This document shows, one piece after another, positions 41,328-50,665 of a stretch of 64,000 nt of DNA. The stretch lies in NCBI GenBank assembly GCA_037230945.1, contig JAXUUT010000104.1, positions 26,504-90,503 on the forward strand. The letters run 5' to 3'. A model generated the notes under the pieces. It saw only the letters and a program-made list of their open reading frames with translations, was not told where the DNA came from and searched no databases. The translations under genes were made by a program, and so were the position numbers. Source of the DNA: a bacterium. GTDB lineage: Bacteria > Desulfobacterota > Desulfovibrionia > Desulfovibrionales > Desulfovibrionaceae. Position 1 is the stretch's first letter, and each line of letters starts with the position of its first letter.

Positions 41328-44003
41328 CTAGAGCGTCCAGCTCGTTTCCAGATGCGGCATGAGCTCGAAGGCTCCCCACTTCTTCTTGAAGAAGGTGATG
41401 CCGCCGTCTATGCCGAGCCCGAGGTTCAGCACGCTCTGCCCGCGGCGCACGGCCTCGTCTGCAAGCGCCTGCAAAAGCGCGTCGCTCACGCCGGGAGGAC
41501 AGTCGTCCTGCCGGAAGGCAAACATGTAGAAGGCCGTGCAAAGCGCGCTGTAGTCGCCCACGGCCATGGCGAGCAGCCTGCCCGAGGCATTGCGCGCGGC
41601 AAAGAGCACGGCATCCGGCGATGCCTGCACATATGCCCCGACTCTGCCGAAGATGTGCCTGGTTCCGGGGGCGAGCGTACGTACCTTGAGGTAATGATCC
41701 ACCAGCGCGTCGTGTTCCGGTCCCCAGTTCTCCACGGCAACGACGGCTTCCCTCTGCGCACGGCGGAGCATGTTGCGCAGCTTCTGCCCCGGCGTGTGAG
41801 GAAGATTCACGCACCACCACGCGTCGCGCTCCACCACGGCCCTGTCCGGCGCGGCGGCGGGCACGACAGGCGCGAGCACCGTGATTCTGCGAAGGTTCGG
41901 CATGGCAAGCGCGCAGGCAACGGCCTTTCCCAGCCGTTCGTCATACGCCGCGGAGCCGACGGCGCAGAAAGTCTGCTCATCCTGCGCGGGAAAGGCCACC
42001 AGCGTGCAGCTGTCGGCCGTGGTCCAGGCGGCAAAGCCCTCGCACGAACGCAGCGTGCGTCCCGACACCGCTCTCACGTAGGAAGGAATCTGTTCCGGCA
42101 CCACGGCCCTCGCACCGAGATCGGCGAGTCTTCTGCCGGAAGACGGACCGCGGGACGCCACAACCCGTTCCGCGCGTTCTCCGGCGCCTTCCCTGCGCAG
42201 CGCGGACGAGCGCACGTTTTCCGCCGGAGCCTTTTCCCACGCGGGCGCGTCGGGGTTGCCCGGCAGCACCACGGAATCGTCCCTCCGGATCCAGGCGGAG
42301 AATCGGTGCTTCCAGGTCGGCAGCACGCGGGTCACGGTAAAGCCGTCCTCGGACAGCATCTGCCGCAGATTGATCATGTGGGCCGAGCCCACGAACACCG
42401 CCGTTCCTCCCCGCTCGATGTACGGACGCATTCTCTCGCGGAAGCGCTGATCGCGCACGCTGATGATGGTGCCCGTGCGGGTGGGAAATTCTGCGCTCGT
42501 CCCCATCATGCCCATGAGGTCTCCCGCAAGATAGCGGGAACGGTTGCTCTTCATGAGCTTCGGCCAGAAGGAACACTCCTTCATGAATCGTACGATGCGC
42601 TCCATGGGCGCGGACTCAAGCGAAGCTATCTGCTCGGCAAGACTCTCCATGCCCATGACCGACTTGCCCATGTCGAGCGCGACGTCCCACACTTCGAGAT
42701 CCACGGAGTTCGTCCAGCCGTTGCGCTCAAGATACGACGTCCAGAGCGAGAAGAAGGCGTACCACTGACGGCTTTGTGCAAGCACGGCGCGCACGTCGAT
42801 GCGCCGCTCCTGCTGCACGCCGACAAGCCGTGCAAGAAATCCTTCCGGCCCGTAGACCATGCGTTCAAGCCGGACGACGTCCTCTTCGGAAAGAAACTGC
42901 GCCACGCGCGGCGCATCGGGCTCGGGAGAACGGCCGATGCGCGCCACCTCGTCCATGCTGTCGGAATCTATGGGCCCTTCCAGAAGCACGGTGTCCACGT
43001 TTTCAAACAGTCGCCGCAGGGAATGTTCAAAGGAATAGCAGAAGAAGTGTGCGGAGCCGCCTATCCACGACGTGCGTCCGTTCTTGTCGAGGCGCCAGAG
43101 CATGGCGCAGGGACGCTGCTGGGGAAGGGAATCAAAGAACTTCCAGCGCGACATTTCATAGATGCTCGACGAGGAGCCTATGCTTATGGCGAGATACGCC
43201 GCCATGTCGAAAAAGCCGCCGCTGCCCGTGAGACTTGCGGAAGGCTGCCACACGGCAAGCTCATAGGGCGCATCCTTCACGCCGCCCCACTTTTTCTTGA
43301 AGCGGGTTATGCCCTCGTTCACGCCGAGTCCGAGCAGCACGGTGCTCTTTCCCTCGGCCCGGGCCCGCTCCAGCATTTCGGCAAAAAGAAGGTCGGGCGC
43401 GTGCGGGACGTAATGGGTCTTGGAGTGTGCGCCGAGCACATAGCTCACGTGCTCCGGCAGGGAATAGTCCAGCAGAAGACAGGCAGCAAGCTGTCCCTCG
43501 GCGTCCCAGGCGTTGAGCAGCCTGAGATCGGCCTTTCCGCGGAGGGCCGAAGCCGTGCCGGAATAGAGCTGGCGTATGCGCGGAGGAAGCGGAATGCGGG
43601 AGAGAAATTCCGCCCACAGCCGCCTGTGCTCCGGCGAAAACTCCCGCGTTTCATCCACCGTAAGGCGTTCCCCCGCATGCCGCACAGGCCCGCGCAGCTT
43701 TGCGGGTACGGCAGCAGAGGCGGAAAGCGTGTAGTATACGTCGCGATCCTGCACGCAGTCCTTCAGTCTCTCGGGCATCTGCGGCGCTATGGCGAAGCAG
43801 TCGGAAGGCTTGACCCGGCGCAGGGCTTCGTCAAGCGCCTTCTCGAACCTCTGTACGGAAAACTCTCCTTCCAGCGGATAGCCTATGGCCATGAGCCAGT
43901 CGCCGTCCGCGACGAATATGTGACTGTCCAGCTCGAAGGAATGACCTGCCGACAAGGCCTCAAGAAGGGGCCGTGAATGTTCGGGAACGGTGACTGCGGA
44001 CAT
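41328..44003 (-). CDS. 891-aa fusion protein: FemAB/CelD-like GNAT-fold module + TraB/GumN (TIKI-superfamily) domain + second GNAT-fold module
   Basis: The central region has TraB/GumN-type motifs: MLWRLDKNGRTSWIGGSAH, VLLEG, VDLEVWDVALDMGKSVMGMES, YLAGDL and AVFVGSAHM..EDGFTV. Both termini end in LGLG[VI]..GIT.FKKKWG, typical of FemAB/BioF2-like acyltransferase folds. The ATG at 44003 has an AAGGAG SD. The ORF-track start at 44135 is also possible. Confidence 0.8.
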   Translation of the reverse strand: MSAVTVPEHSRPLLEALSAGHSFELDSHIFVADGDWLMAIGYPLEGEFSVQRFEKALDEALRRVKPSDCFAIAPQMPERLKDCVQDRDVYYTLSASAAVPAKLRGPVRHAGERLTVDETREFSPEHRRLWAEFLSRIPLPPRIRQLYSGTASALRGKADLRLLNAWDAEGQLAACLLLDYSLPEHVSYVLGAHSKTHYVPHAPDLLFAEMLERARAEGKSTVLLGLGVNEGITRFKKKWGGVKDAPYELAVWQPSASLTGSGGFFDMAAYLAISIGSSSSIYEMSRWKFFDSLPQQRPCAMLWRLDKNGRTSWIGGSAHFFCYSFEHSLRRLFENVDTVLLEGPIDSDSMDEVARIGRSPEPDAPRVAQFLSEEDVVRLERMVYGPEGFLARLVGVQQERRIDVRAVLAQSRQWYAFFSLWTSYLERNGWTNSVDLEVWDVALDMGKSVMGMESLAEQIASLESAPMERIVRFMKECSFWPKLMKSNRSRYLAGDLMGMMGTSAEFPTRTGTIISVRDQRFRERMRPYIERGGTAVFVGSAHMINLRQMLSEDGFTVTRVLPTWKHRFSAWIRRDDSVVLPGNPDAPAWEKAPAENVRSSALRREGAGERAERVVASRGPSSGRRLADLGARAVVPEQIPSYVRAVSGRTLRSCEGFAAWTTADSCTLVAFPAQDEQTFCAVGSAAYDERLGKAVACALAMPNLRRITVLAPVVPAAAPDRAVVERDAWWCVNLPHTPGQKLRNMLRRAQREAVVAVENWGPEHDALVDHYLKVRTLAPGTRHIFGRVGAYVQASPDAVLFAARNASGRLLAMAVGDYSALCTAFYMFAFRQDDCPPGVSDALLQALADEAVRRGQSVLNLGLGIDGGITFFKKKWGAFELMPHLETSWTL

Positions 44004-44218
44004 GAGAGACTCCTTGGCACGCTTGTGAGGAATATGCCATATCCATGCCGGACGGTAAAGAAGACCCTGCTGCCGCCCGTCTGCAGCGCCGTACCGCAAA
44101 CGACGCAACGCCGGACAGGCCGCCCCAGGCGTCATGCCCGGGATTGCCGAGGGAAACTTTCTGTTATAGGGTATCCGGATATCCCTTTGTTTCCCTTAAA
44201 AATTTTTTTGGTGTCTTC

Positions 44219-45031
44219 ATGACAAGCTTCCTTCAGATCGTGCTCATACTCGTCTGCGGCGGTTCGCTCGTCGGTCTTCTGTCCGGCATGTTCGGCGTGG
44301 GCGGAGCCTTCATCATCGTGCCGCTTTTGAACATTCTCTTCACGCAGATGGGCATTTCACAGGACATCGTGCAGCATCTGGCCGTGGGTACCGCGCCTTC
44401 GACCATGCTCATCACCTCCCTGACCACCTTCATCGCGCACACGCGCATGGGCTCCATGCGCTGGGACGTCTGGAGAATCATGCTTCCCGGCATCATCGTG
44501 GGCGCAGTCTCCGGCGCGCTTCTGGCCCATCACGTCAACGGCCGCACGCTCGAAGCGCTCTTCGGCGTCATTCTCCTGATCATATCCTCGCAGATGTTCA
44601 TCGGACGCACCCCGCGCCCCAACGAAAAAATGAAGAAGTTTTATGTGCCGGTCAGTCTGTTCGTGGGCATGATCGCCAGCATGACCGGCGTGGCGGGTTC
44701 CATGCAGATCATCATCTTTCTCGTGTGGGCCGGTCACGACTGGTGCGACAGCGTGAGCACGGCTGCCGCCCTCACGCTGCCCATATCGCTCACGGCCACC
44801 ATAAGCTATGCAATCCTCGGCTGGAATCAGCCGGGGCTTCCCGAATGGTCTCTCGGCTATGTCTATTTTCCCGGCACGCTTTCGCTCATGATCCCAGGCG
44901 TCATCATGGCCGTGGTGGGGGCAAGGCTCGCCCACTGGTCCGGCCTGCCGCTGACGAACCTGAAACGCTTCTTCGCCCTGTTCAGCCTCTTCATCGGCGT
45001 GTCCTCCCTGTATCGGGCTTTCTTCGCCTGA
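44219..45031 (+). CDS. TauE/SafE (DUF81) family anion/sulfite exporter
   Basis: MTSFLQIVLILVCGGSLVGLLSGMFGVGGAFIIVPLL, about 8 TM segments, 270 aa. I used ATG 44219. Confidence 0.8.
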   Translation: MTSFLQIVLILVCGGSLVGLLSGMFGVGGAFIIVPLLNILFTQMGISQDIVQHLAVGTAPSTMLITSLTTFIAHTRMGSMRWDVWRIMLPGIIVGAVSGALLAHHVNGRTLEALFGVILLIISSQMFIGRTPRPNEKMKKFYVPVSLFVGMIASMTGVAGSMQIIIFLVWAGHDWCDSVSTAAALTLPISLTATISYAILGWNQPGLPEWSLGYVYFPGTLSLMIPGVIMAVVGARLAHWSGLPLTNLKRFFALFSLFIGVSSLYRAFFA

Positions 45032-45185
45032 TGCGGCACGGAACGCCGCGCTGCCCTTCTGTTCAAGACTTTTTTCTCATGGTTCTGACATATTGCCTTT
45101 TTTGAAAGGCCGTCTACAGTTACCCGCAGAAGCACGGCGTGCCTCAGGCCCGCCGCTCCCCACTCCGCAAGAAAACGAGGTTCCC

Positions 45186-46694
45186 ATGTTTGAAACAGTC
45201 GTACTTGGCAGACGTTGCAGCGACAGGGAATACAAGGAACAGGCCCCGGATCTGCGCATGAAGTTTTTTGAGGCGCAACGGCAGTGCATGGACCGCAAGA
45301 TTCCTCTGCTCATCATCATAGCCGGCATAGACGGCGCAGGCCGCGGCGCGGTCATCAACCTGCTGTCGGAGTGGATGGACAGCAAGCACGTGCACAACCA
45401 TGTGTTCTGGATGGAAACCGACGAGGAGCGTGAACGCCCCGAAGACTGGCGCTACTGGCGCAGGCTCCCGGAGGCCGGAAGCGTGGGCGTATTTTTCGGC
45501 GGATGGTACGGCCTTGCCATGCGCAAGTTCAGCTCGGGCGACATGAGCGAGATGGCCTTCAGCTCCCACATGCATCACTGCCGCGGACTTGAGGAAAGTC
45601 TCGCCGCTTCGGGCATGGCCATAGCCAAGATATGGCTGCACCTCGACCGGAAAGAGCATGAAAAACGGCTCAAGAAGCGTCTGGCACACAAGGAAGTGCT
45701 TCATTTCACGCCCTACGACAAAAAGGCCTCCGAAAATTACGACGGCCTTGCCAGCGCCGCGGCACGAGCCATCACGCTGACCGACCGTGCCTTCGCCCCC
45801 TGGACCGTCGTTGACGCGGCGGACGCAAACTACCGCAATCTTGCCGTGGCAAAGGCCGTCATCGCCACGGTGGAGCGCGCCGTTGCCGGACAGGAGGCCA
45901 GAAAGGCCCGTCTTGCAGAAAAAGCCGCCGCGCCGCAAAACGTCATTTCCACGCTGGATGCCATAGACCTGAGCGCAAAGGCAGATCCTGATACCTACAA
46001 AAAGGATCTGGCCGATCTGCAGACCGAGCTGCATGAACTCACCTACCACGCCTGGCGCAAGGGAATTTCGAGCACGCTCGTGTTCGAGGGCTGGGACGCC
46101 TCGGGCAAGGGCGGCAGCATACGACGCCTCATGGACGGCATAGACGCCCGCATAAGCCGGGCCATTCCCATAGGCGTTCCGTCCGACGAAGAGCTGGCTC
46201 ATCACTACCTGTGGCGCTTCTGGCGACATGTGCCCCGTGCCGGATTCATCACGGTGTACGACCGCTCCTGGTACGGCCGCGTGCTGGTGGAACGCGTGGA
46301 AGGGCTTACGCCTCAGGAGGACTGGAGCCGGGCCTACTCGGAAATCAATCTTTTTGAGGAACAGCTCATAAATCAGGGCAACGTGCTTCTGAAATTCTGG
46401 CTGCACATTTCCCCGGACGAGCAGCTGCGCCGCTTCAAGGAACGGGAGTCGACGCCGTGGAAGCAGTACAAGATCACGCCCGACGACTGGCGCAACAGAG
46501 AAAAATGGCCGGAATACGTGCTTGCCGCCGACGAAATGTTCCTTCGGACCAGCACGGACTACGCGCCATGGCACATCATTCCCGCGGAAGACAAGAAATA
46601 CGCCAGACTTTCGGTACTGCGCACCTATCGTGACGCGCTGAAGAAGGCCCTGAAGCAGGCCGACGGGAAAAAGGACGGCCGCGACAAGAAATAG
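45186..46694 (+). CDS. Two-domain polyphosphate kinase 2 (polyphosphate:AMP phosphotransferase type)
   Basis: Two PPK2 repeats. The N-terminal repeat has a degenerate P-loop (GIDGAGRG); the C-terminal repeat has GWDASGKGGSIRRL and DRSWYGRVLVERVEG. I used ATG 45186. Confidence 0.88.
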   Translation: MFETVVLGRRCSDREYKEQAPDLRMKFFEAQRQCMDRKIPLLIIIAGIDGAGRGAVINLLSEWMDSKHVHNHVFWMETDEERERPEDWRYWRRLPEAGSVGVFFGGWYGLAMRKFSSGDMSEMAFSSHMHHCRGLEESLAASGMAIAKIWLHLDRKEHEKRLKKRLAHKEVLHFTPYDKKASENYDGLASAAARAITLTDRAFAPWTVVDAADANYRNLAVAKAVIATVERAVAGQEARKARLAEKAAAPQNVISTLDAIDLSAKADPDTYKKDLADLQTELHELTYHAWRKGISSTLVFEGWDASGKGGSIRRLMDGIDARISRAIPIGVPSDEELAHHYLWRFWRHVPRAGFITVYDRSWYGRVLVERVEGLTPQEDWSRAYSEINLFEEQLINQGNVLLKFWLHISPDEQLRRFKERESTPWKQYKITPDDWRNREKWPEYVLAADEMFLRTSTDYAPWHIIPAEDKKYARLSVLRTYRDALKKALKQADGKKDGRDKK

Positions 46695-46854
46695 CGGATG
46701 CCATGCAGCCGCCTGCACCGGTCTCTACCGGCGACGCTGCGGTCCGCCGGACATCAATGGTCTGTTTTTTCAAGCGATTTTCTTGCTTCCCCCTCTATTA
46801 ATGAGTACAGTGCACAGAACGCACATCTTTCCGAGACAAGCATAAGGAGGCCTC

Positions 46855-48042
46855 ATGCCCGAACTCTCTCATGAAAAAAAACTTCTCCTGGATGAAATCC
46901 AAAATCTGTCCGACCAGATGAGGGAAACAGCCTCCGCCATCTTTGCCGAACCGGAGCTGGGATATCAGGAATTCAAGTCTTCCGCCCGTCTTGCCGACCT
47001 TCTCGAGTCAAACGGCTTCAAGGTGGAACGCAACCTGCTTGACATGCCCACGGCCTTCCACGCCAGTTTCGGTTCCGGAGAAGGACCGCAGGTAGCGTTT
47101 CTTGCCGAGTTCGACGCGCTTCCCGGCCTCGGGCACGCCTGCGGGCACAATCTTTTCGGCACGGCAGCCTGCGGCGCCGCCGTGGCGCTTGCCCGTCATC
47201 TTCCCGCCGGAACCGTGCACGTGTTCGGCACACCCGCCGAGGAAGGCAACGTCAGAGACGCTGGCGGCAAGGTTCCCATGGCCGACGCCGGCCTCTTCGA
47301 CAACATGGACGCCGTCATTGCCGCCCATGCCGAAGGACGCACCATTCTCAAGCAGCAGCTCATTTCCCGCGCCAATCTTGAAATGGACTTCAAGGGCAAG
47401 GCCGCCCATGCCGCCGGCGCTCCGGAAAAGGGCATCAACGCCATGGACGCCGCGGCCCTTGCCGTCATGGGCATCAACAGCCTGCGCCAGCACATGACCC
47501 GCGACGTGCGCATTCACGGCCTGCTCACCGACACCGGCACCTCCATCAACACCATTCCCGAGTTCGCCCGTCTGCGCTACGGCGTGCGCGCCCGCAAGCC
47601 GGAAACGCTCAACAACGCCATCGAACGCGTGGTCAACTGCGCGCGCTGCTGCGCCATGGCCCTCGGCTGCCAGTTCTCCTATCGCCATTCCGCACATCCC
47701 TACTACACCATGCGCCACAATATGCCTCTGCTGCACGCCTTTGCCGCCAACCTTGACCTGCTCGGAGAGGACTACATCGAAGAAGTGCAGAGCAGCTATT
47801 CCACCGACATGGGCAACGTCAGCTTCAAGGCTCCTTCCATCCATCCCTACATTTCCATCGGCGGAGCGCACCTTGTGGGCCACACGCCCGAATTCGCCGA
47901 GGCCTGCAACGGCGAAGGCGGCTTCAAGGGGATGATCCTCGCCGCAAAATCCATGTGCCTGACCGGATTCGACGTGCTCACCAATGAAGAGCTCCGCAAG
48001 GCTGCGCGCAAGGCGTTTGAAACGCTTGACGACTTCGACTGA
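46855..48042 (+). CDS. M20 family amidohydrolase (AbgB / aminoacylase-like)
   Basis: GHACGHNLFG, FGTPAEEG, and a dimerisation-lid region. It is followed by an AbgT-family transporter. Confidence 0.8.
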   Translation: MPELSHEKKLLLDEIQNLSDQMRETASAIFAEPELGYQEFKSSARLADLLESNGFKVERNLLDMPTAFHASFGSGEGPQVAFLAEFDALPGLGHACGHNLFGTAACGAAVALARHLPAGTVHVFGTPAEEGNVRDAGGKVPMADAGLFDNMDAVIAAHAEGRTILKQQLISRANLEMDFKGKAAHAAGAPEKGINAMDAAALAVMGINSLRQHMTRDVRIHGLLTDTGTSINTIPEFARLRYGVRARKPETLNNAIERVVNCARCCAMALGCQFSYRHSAHPYYTMRHNMPLLHAFAANLDLLGEDYIEEVQSSYSTDMGNVSFKAPSIHPYISIGGAHLVGHTPEFAEACNGEGGFKGMILAAKSMCLTGFDVLTNEELRKAARKAFETLDDFD

Positions 48043-48150
48043 TATCCCTATCCCTAATACCCCGGCGCATCACGTCGCGGACCTTCCGCGCCGTGATGCT
48101 TTGTATAAGGACCTTTTTACATCTGCACCACGCCCAAGGAGCTCCAGGCC

Positions 48151-49665
48151 ATGGCGAAAGAACAAATCGAAAACCTTTCCGGCATACTCGGCTTCATCGA
48201 ACGAGCCGGCAACAGGCTGCCGCATCCCGTCACCATCTTTCTGATCCTTACGCTGATCGTCATGGTCATCTCCTACCTTCTGCAGGGAATCACCATGGTC
48301 GACCCCAAGGGAAAAACGCTGGTCGTGCAGAGCCTCGTCTCGGTGGACGGCCTCACCTGGTTCCTTAAAAACTGCGTGGACAACTTCGTGCGCTTCAAGC
48401 CCCTCGGCCTCGTGCTCGTCATGATGCTCGGCCTCGGCGTGGCCGAAGAGGTGGGTCTTCTCTCCGCCGTGCTTCGCGCCACCATTCTCAGCGCGCCCCG
48501 CAGCATGGTCACGGCCATCATCGCCTTCTGCGGCGTCATGGGCAACATGGCTTCCAGCGCGGCCTTCGTGGTGGTTCCTCCCCTCGGCGCCATGATATTC
48601 AAGGGACTCGGACGCAATCCTCTGGCCGGCATGGCCACGGGCTTCGCCGGCTGCGCCGCCGGTCTCAACGCCAACCTTCTGGTGGTGGGCACCGACGTGG
48701 GCCTTGCCGCCATCACGCAGCAGGCCGCCCAGATCATCGATCCTTCCATCACCGTGCATCCTGCCGTCAACTGGTACTTCATGTCGGCCTCGACCTTCCT
48801 CGTCACGGCCATCATCGTCTTCCTCACGGAAAAGTTCGTCGAGCCCCGGCTTGAAGGCGTGGTCATGCACGAAGGCGCCATGGGCAGCGAAGACATGACC
48901 GTCACGCCCGAAGAGCGCCGCGGACTGCGCGCCGCCCTCATCGGCGGACTCATCTACATCTGCCTCATTCTGCTCACCGTGGTGCCCGAACACGGCATTC
49001 TGCGCAACCCCAAGACCTTCAGCATCGTGCCTTCCCCCTTCCTTGACTCTCTCGTGCCCATCCTGCTGGTGTTCTTCCTTGCCGTGTCCATTCCCTACGG
49101 CGTGAGCACCAAGGTCATACGCAACGACAAGGACGTGGTCCGCTTCATGGGGCAGGCCATGCGGGAATTCTCCTCCTTCATCGTGCTGTGCTTTGCCGCC
49201 GGTCAGTTCGTTTCCAGCTTCGCCTACACGCATCTTGACATGTACCTGTCCATACAGGGCGCGGCATTCCTCAACGACACGGGCTTTTCCGGCATTCCGC
49301 TCGTGGTGAGCTTCCTCATCCTCACCGCCTGCATCAACTTCTTCATCGGCAGCGCCATGGCCAAGTGGGCGCTTCTGGCCCCCATCTTCGTGCCCATGCT
49401 CATGCAGATGCAGCTTTCGCCCTACTTCGTTCAGGCCGCCTACCGCGTGGCCGACTCCACCACCAACGCCATCTCGCCGCTCGAGCCCTTCATGGCCTTC
49501 ATCATCGGCGTGGCTCAGAAGTATGCAAAAAACGCGGGCCTCGGCACCATCATTTCCCTCATGCTGCCCTATGCGCTCGGCATCCTCTTCTTCTGGGGGC
49601 TGTTCCTCATCCTCTGGATGGAAATGGATCTGCCCCTCGGTCCCGGCGCACCCGTGTTCCTGTAA
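48151..49665 (+). CDS. AbgT family (p-aminobenzoyl-glutamate type) transporter
   Basis: 504 aa and polytopic. The N-terminus LGFIERAGNRLPHPVTIFLIL is typical of AbgT/MtrF. Confidence 0.85.
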   Translation: MAKEQIENLSGILGFIERAGNRLPHPVTIFLILTLIVMVISYLLQGITMVDPKGKTLVVQSLVSVDGLTWFLKNCVDNFVRFKPLGLVLVMMLGLGVAEEVGLLSAVLRATILSAPRSMVTAIIAFCGVMGNMASSAAFVVVPPLGAMIFKGLGRNPLAGMATGFAGCAAGLNANLLVVGTDVGLAAITQQAAQIIDPSITVHPAVNWYFMSASTFLVTAIIVFLTEKFVEPRLEGVVMHEGAMGSEDMTVTPEERRGLRAALIGGLIYICLILLTVVPEHGILRNPKTFSIVPSPFLDSLVPILLVFFLAVSIPYGVSTKVIRNDKDVVRFMGQAMREFSSFIVLCFAAGQFVSSFAYTHLDMYLSIQGAAFLNDTGFSGIPLVVSFLILTACINFFIGSAMAKWALLAPIFVPMLMQMQLSPYFVQAAYRVADSTTNAISPLEPFMAFIIGVAQKYAKNAGLGTIISLMLPYALGILFFWGLFLILWMEMDLPLGPGAPVFL

Positions 49666-49778
49666 TCCTTTCAGGCCGCGCCGGGGCGATTCGCCGCTTC
49701 GGCGCGGCAGGCGTCACAAACCTGCCCTGCTCCCGCAAGGTCATGCCCCTCAACCCTGTTTAAAAATTCTCTTTCAAT

Positions 49779-50378
49779 ATGCTCTATGCAGGAGGCCATG
49801 TGGAATACTTCGACTTTGAAATCATGGGACTCAAGCGCAAGCTGCCCTTCGTCAAGATAGGGGAAAATCTCGCTCTTGCCAGCTTCGTCGTGCTTTCCGA
49901 CACCGAACTCATCCAGACCGTCGCTCCCGAACTCATGAAGCGCCTGCCGGAAGTGGACGTCCTCATGACGGCCGAGGCAAAAGGCATATGCCTCACCTAC
50001 GAAATCAGCCGGCTCATGGGCATGAAGGATTTTGTGGTGGCCCGCAAGAGCCGCAAGCCCTACATGCAGAACCCCATCTCCCATTCCGTGTTCTCCGTCA
50101 CCACGCAGAAGGAACAGACCCTCTGGCTCGACGGATGCGAGGCGGAAAAAATCCGCGGCAAGCGGGTCGCCCTCATCGACGACGTCATCGCCACCGGCGA
50201 ATCCATTGAAGCCATCGAGTCTCTGGCCAAGTCCGCAGGAGCCAACGTGGTGGCCCGAGCCGCCATTCTGGCCGAGCTTCAGTCCGTGCACCGCAAGGAC
50301 ATCATCTATCTGAAGGAGCACTATGTGTTCCGTCCCAATCCCGACGGGACCTACACGCCTCTGGACAGGCTCGACTGA
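49779..50378 (+). CDS. Type I phosphoribosyltransferase family protein (purine/adenine PRTase-like)
   Basis: PRPP-binding loop VALIDDVIATGES. The real start may be the GTG at 49800, 4 nt after AGGAGG. Confidence 0.7.
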   Translation: MLYAGGHVEYFDFEIMGLKRKLPFVKIGENLALASFVVLSDTELIQTVAPELMKRLPEVDVLMTAEAKGICLTYEISRLMGMKDFVVARKSRKPYMQNPISHSVFSVTTQKEQTLWLDGCEAEKIRGKRVALIDDVIATGESIEAIESLAKSAGANVVARAAILAELQSVHRKDIIYLKEHYVFRPNPDGTYTPLDRLD

Positions 50379-50665
50379 TTCCGCCTGAAGCTCTTCTTTC
50401 CGGTTCATCCCGCAAAAAGGCGGCCGCCTCCGTGCGAGCCGCCTTTTTTTCGACTCCCGCCGGCGATATCTGCAGGCATCCCTGCCCCTGTATTCAACAG
50501 CAGGCATCCGTCACGCTGCCGAAACAAGATCTCCCTTCCGTGTTCCGGCCTGCATACGCAATCTCCCTCTCAGCAACGCCGACGTCTTCTTTCACGTCTC
50601 TCCAGTTCCCGCATTCTTCCGGCATCCTTCAGCCGTGTGCTTGCAAACCACGTAAAAAACAAGTC

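Noticed and set aside
40863-43976. 1037-aa plus-strand ORF antisense to the radical SAM gene and the 891-aa fusion gene
   Set aside because: The product is Arg/His/Gly/Pro-rich low-information sequence. The minus strand carries a CxxxCxxC radical SAM motif, TraB/GumN GxxH motifs, SD sequences and tight gene spacing. The minus-strand reading is the real one.
44015-44031. TGGCACGCTTGTGAGGA, which resembles a sigma-54 -24 element upstream of the TauE gene
   Set aside because: There is no GC dinucleotide or TTGC element at the required spacing (the -12 position reads TGAG), and it lies about 190 nt from the ATG. It is probably a chance match.
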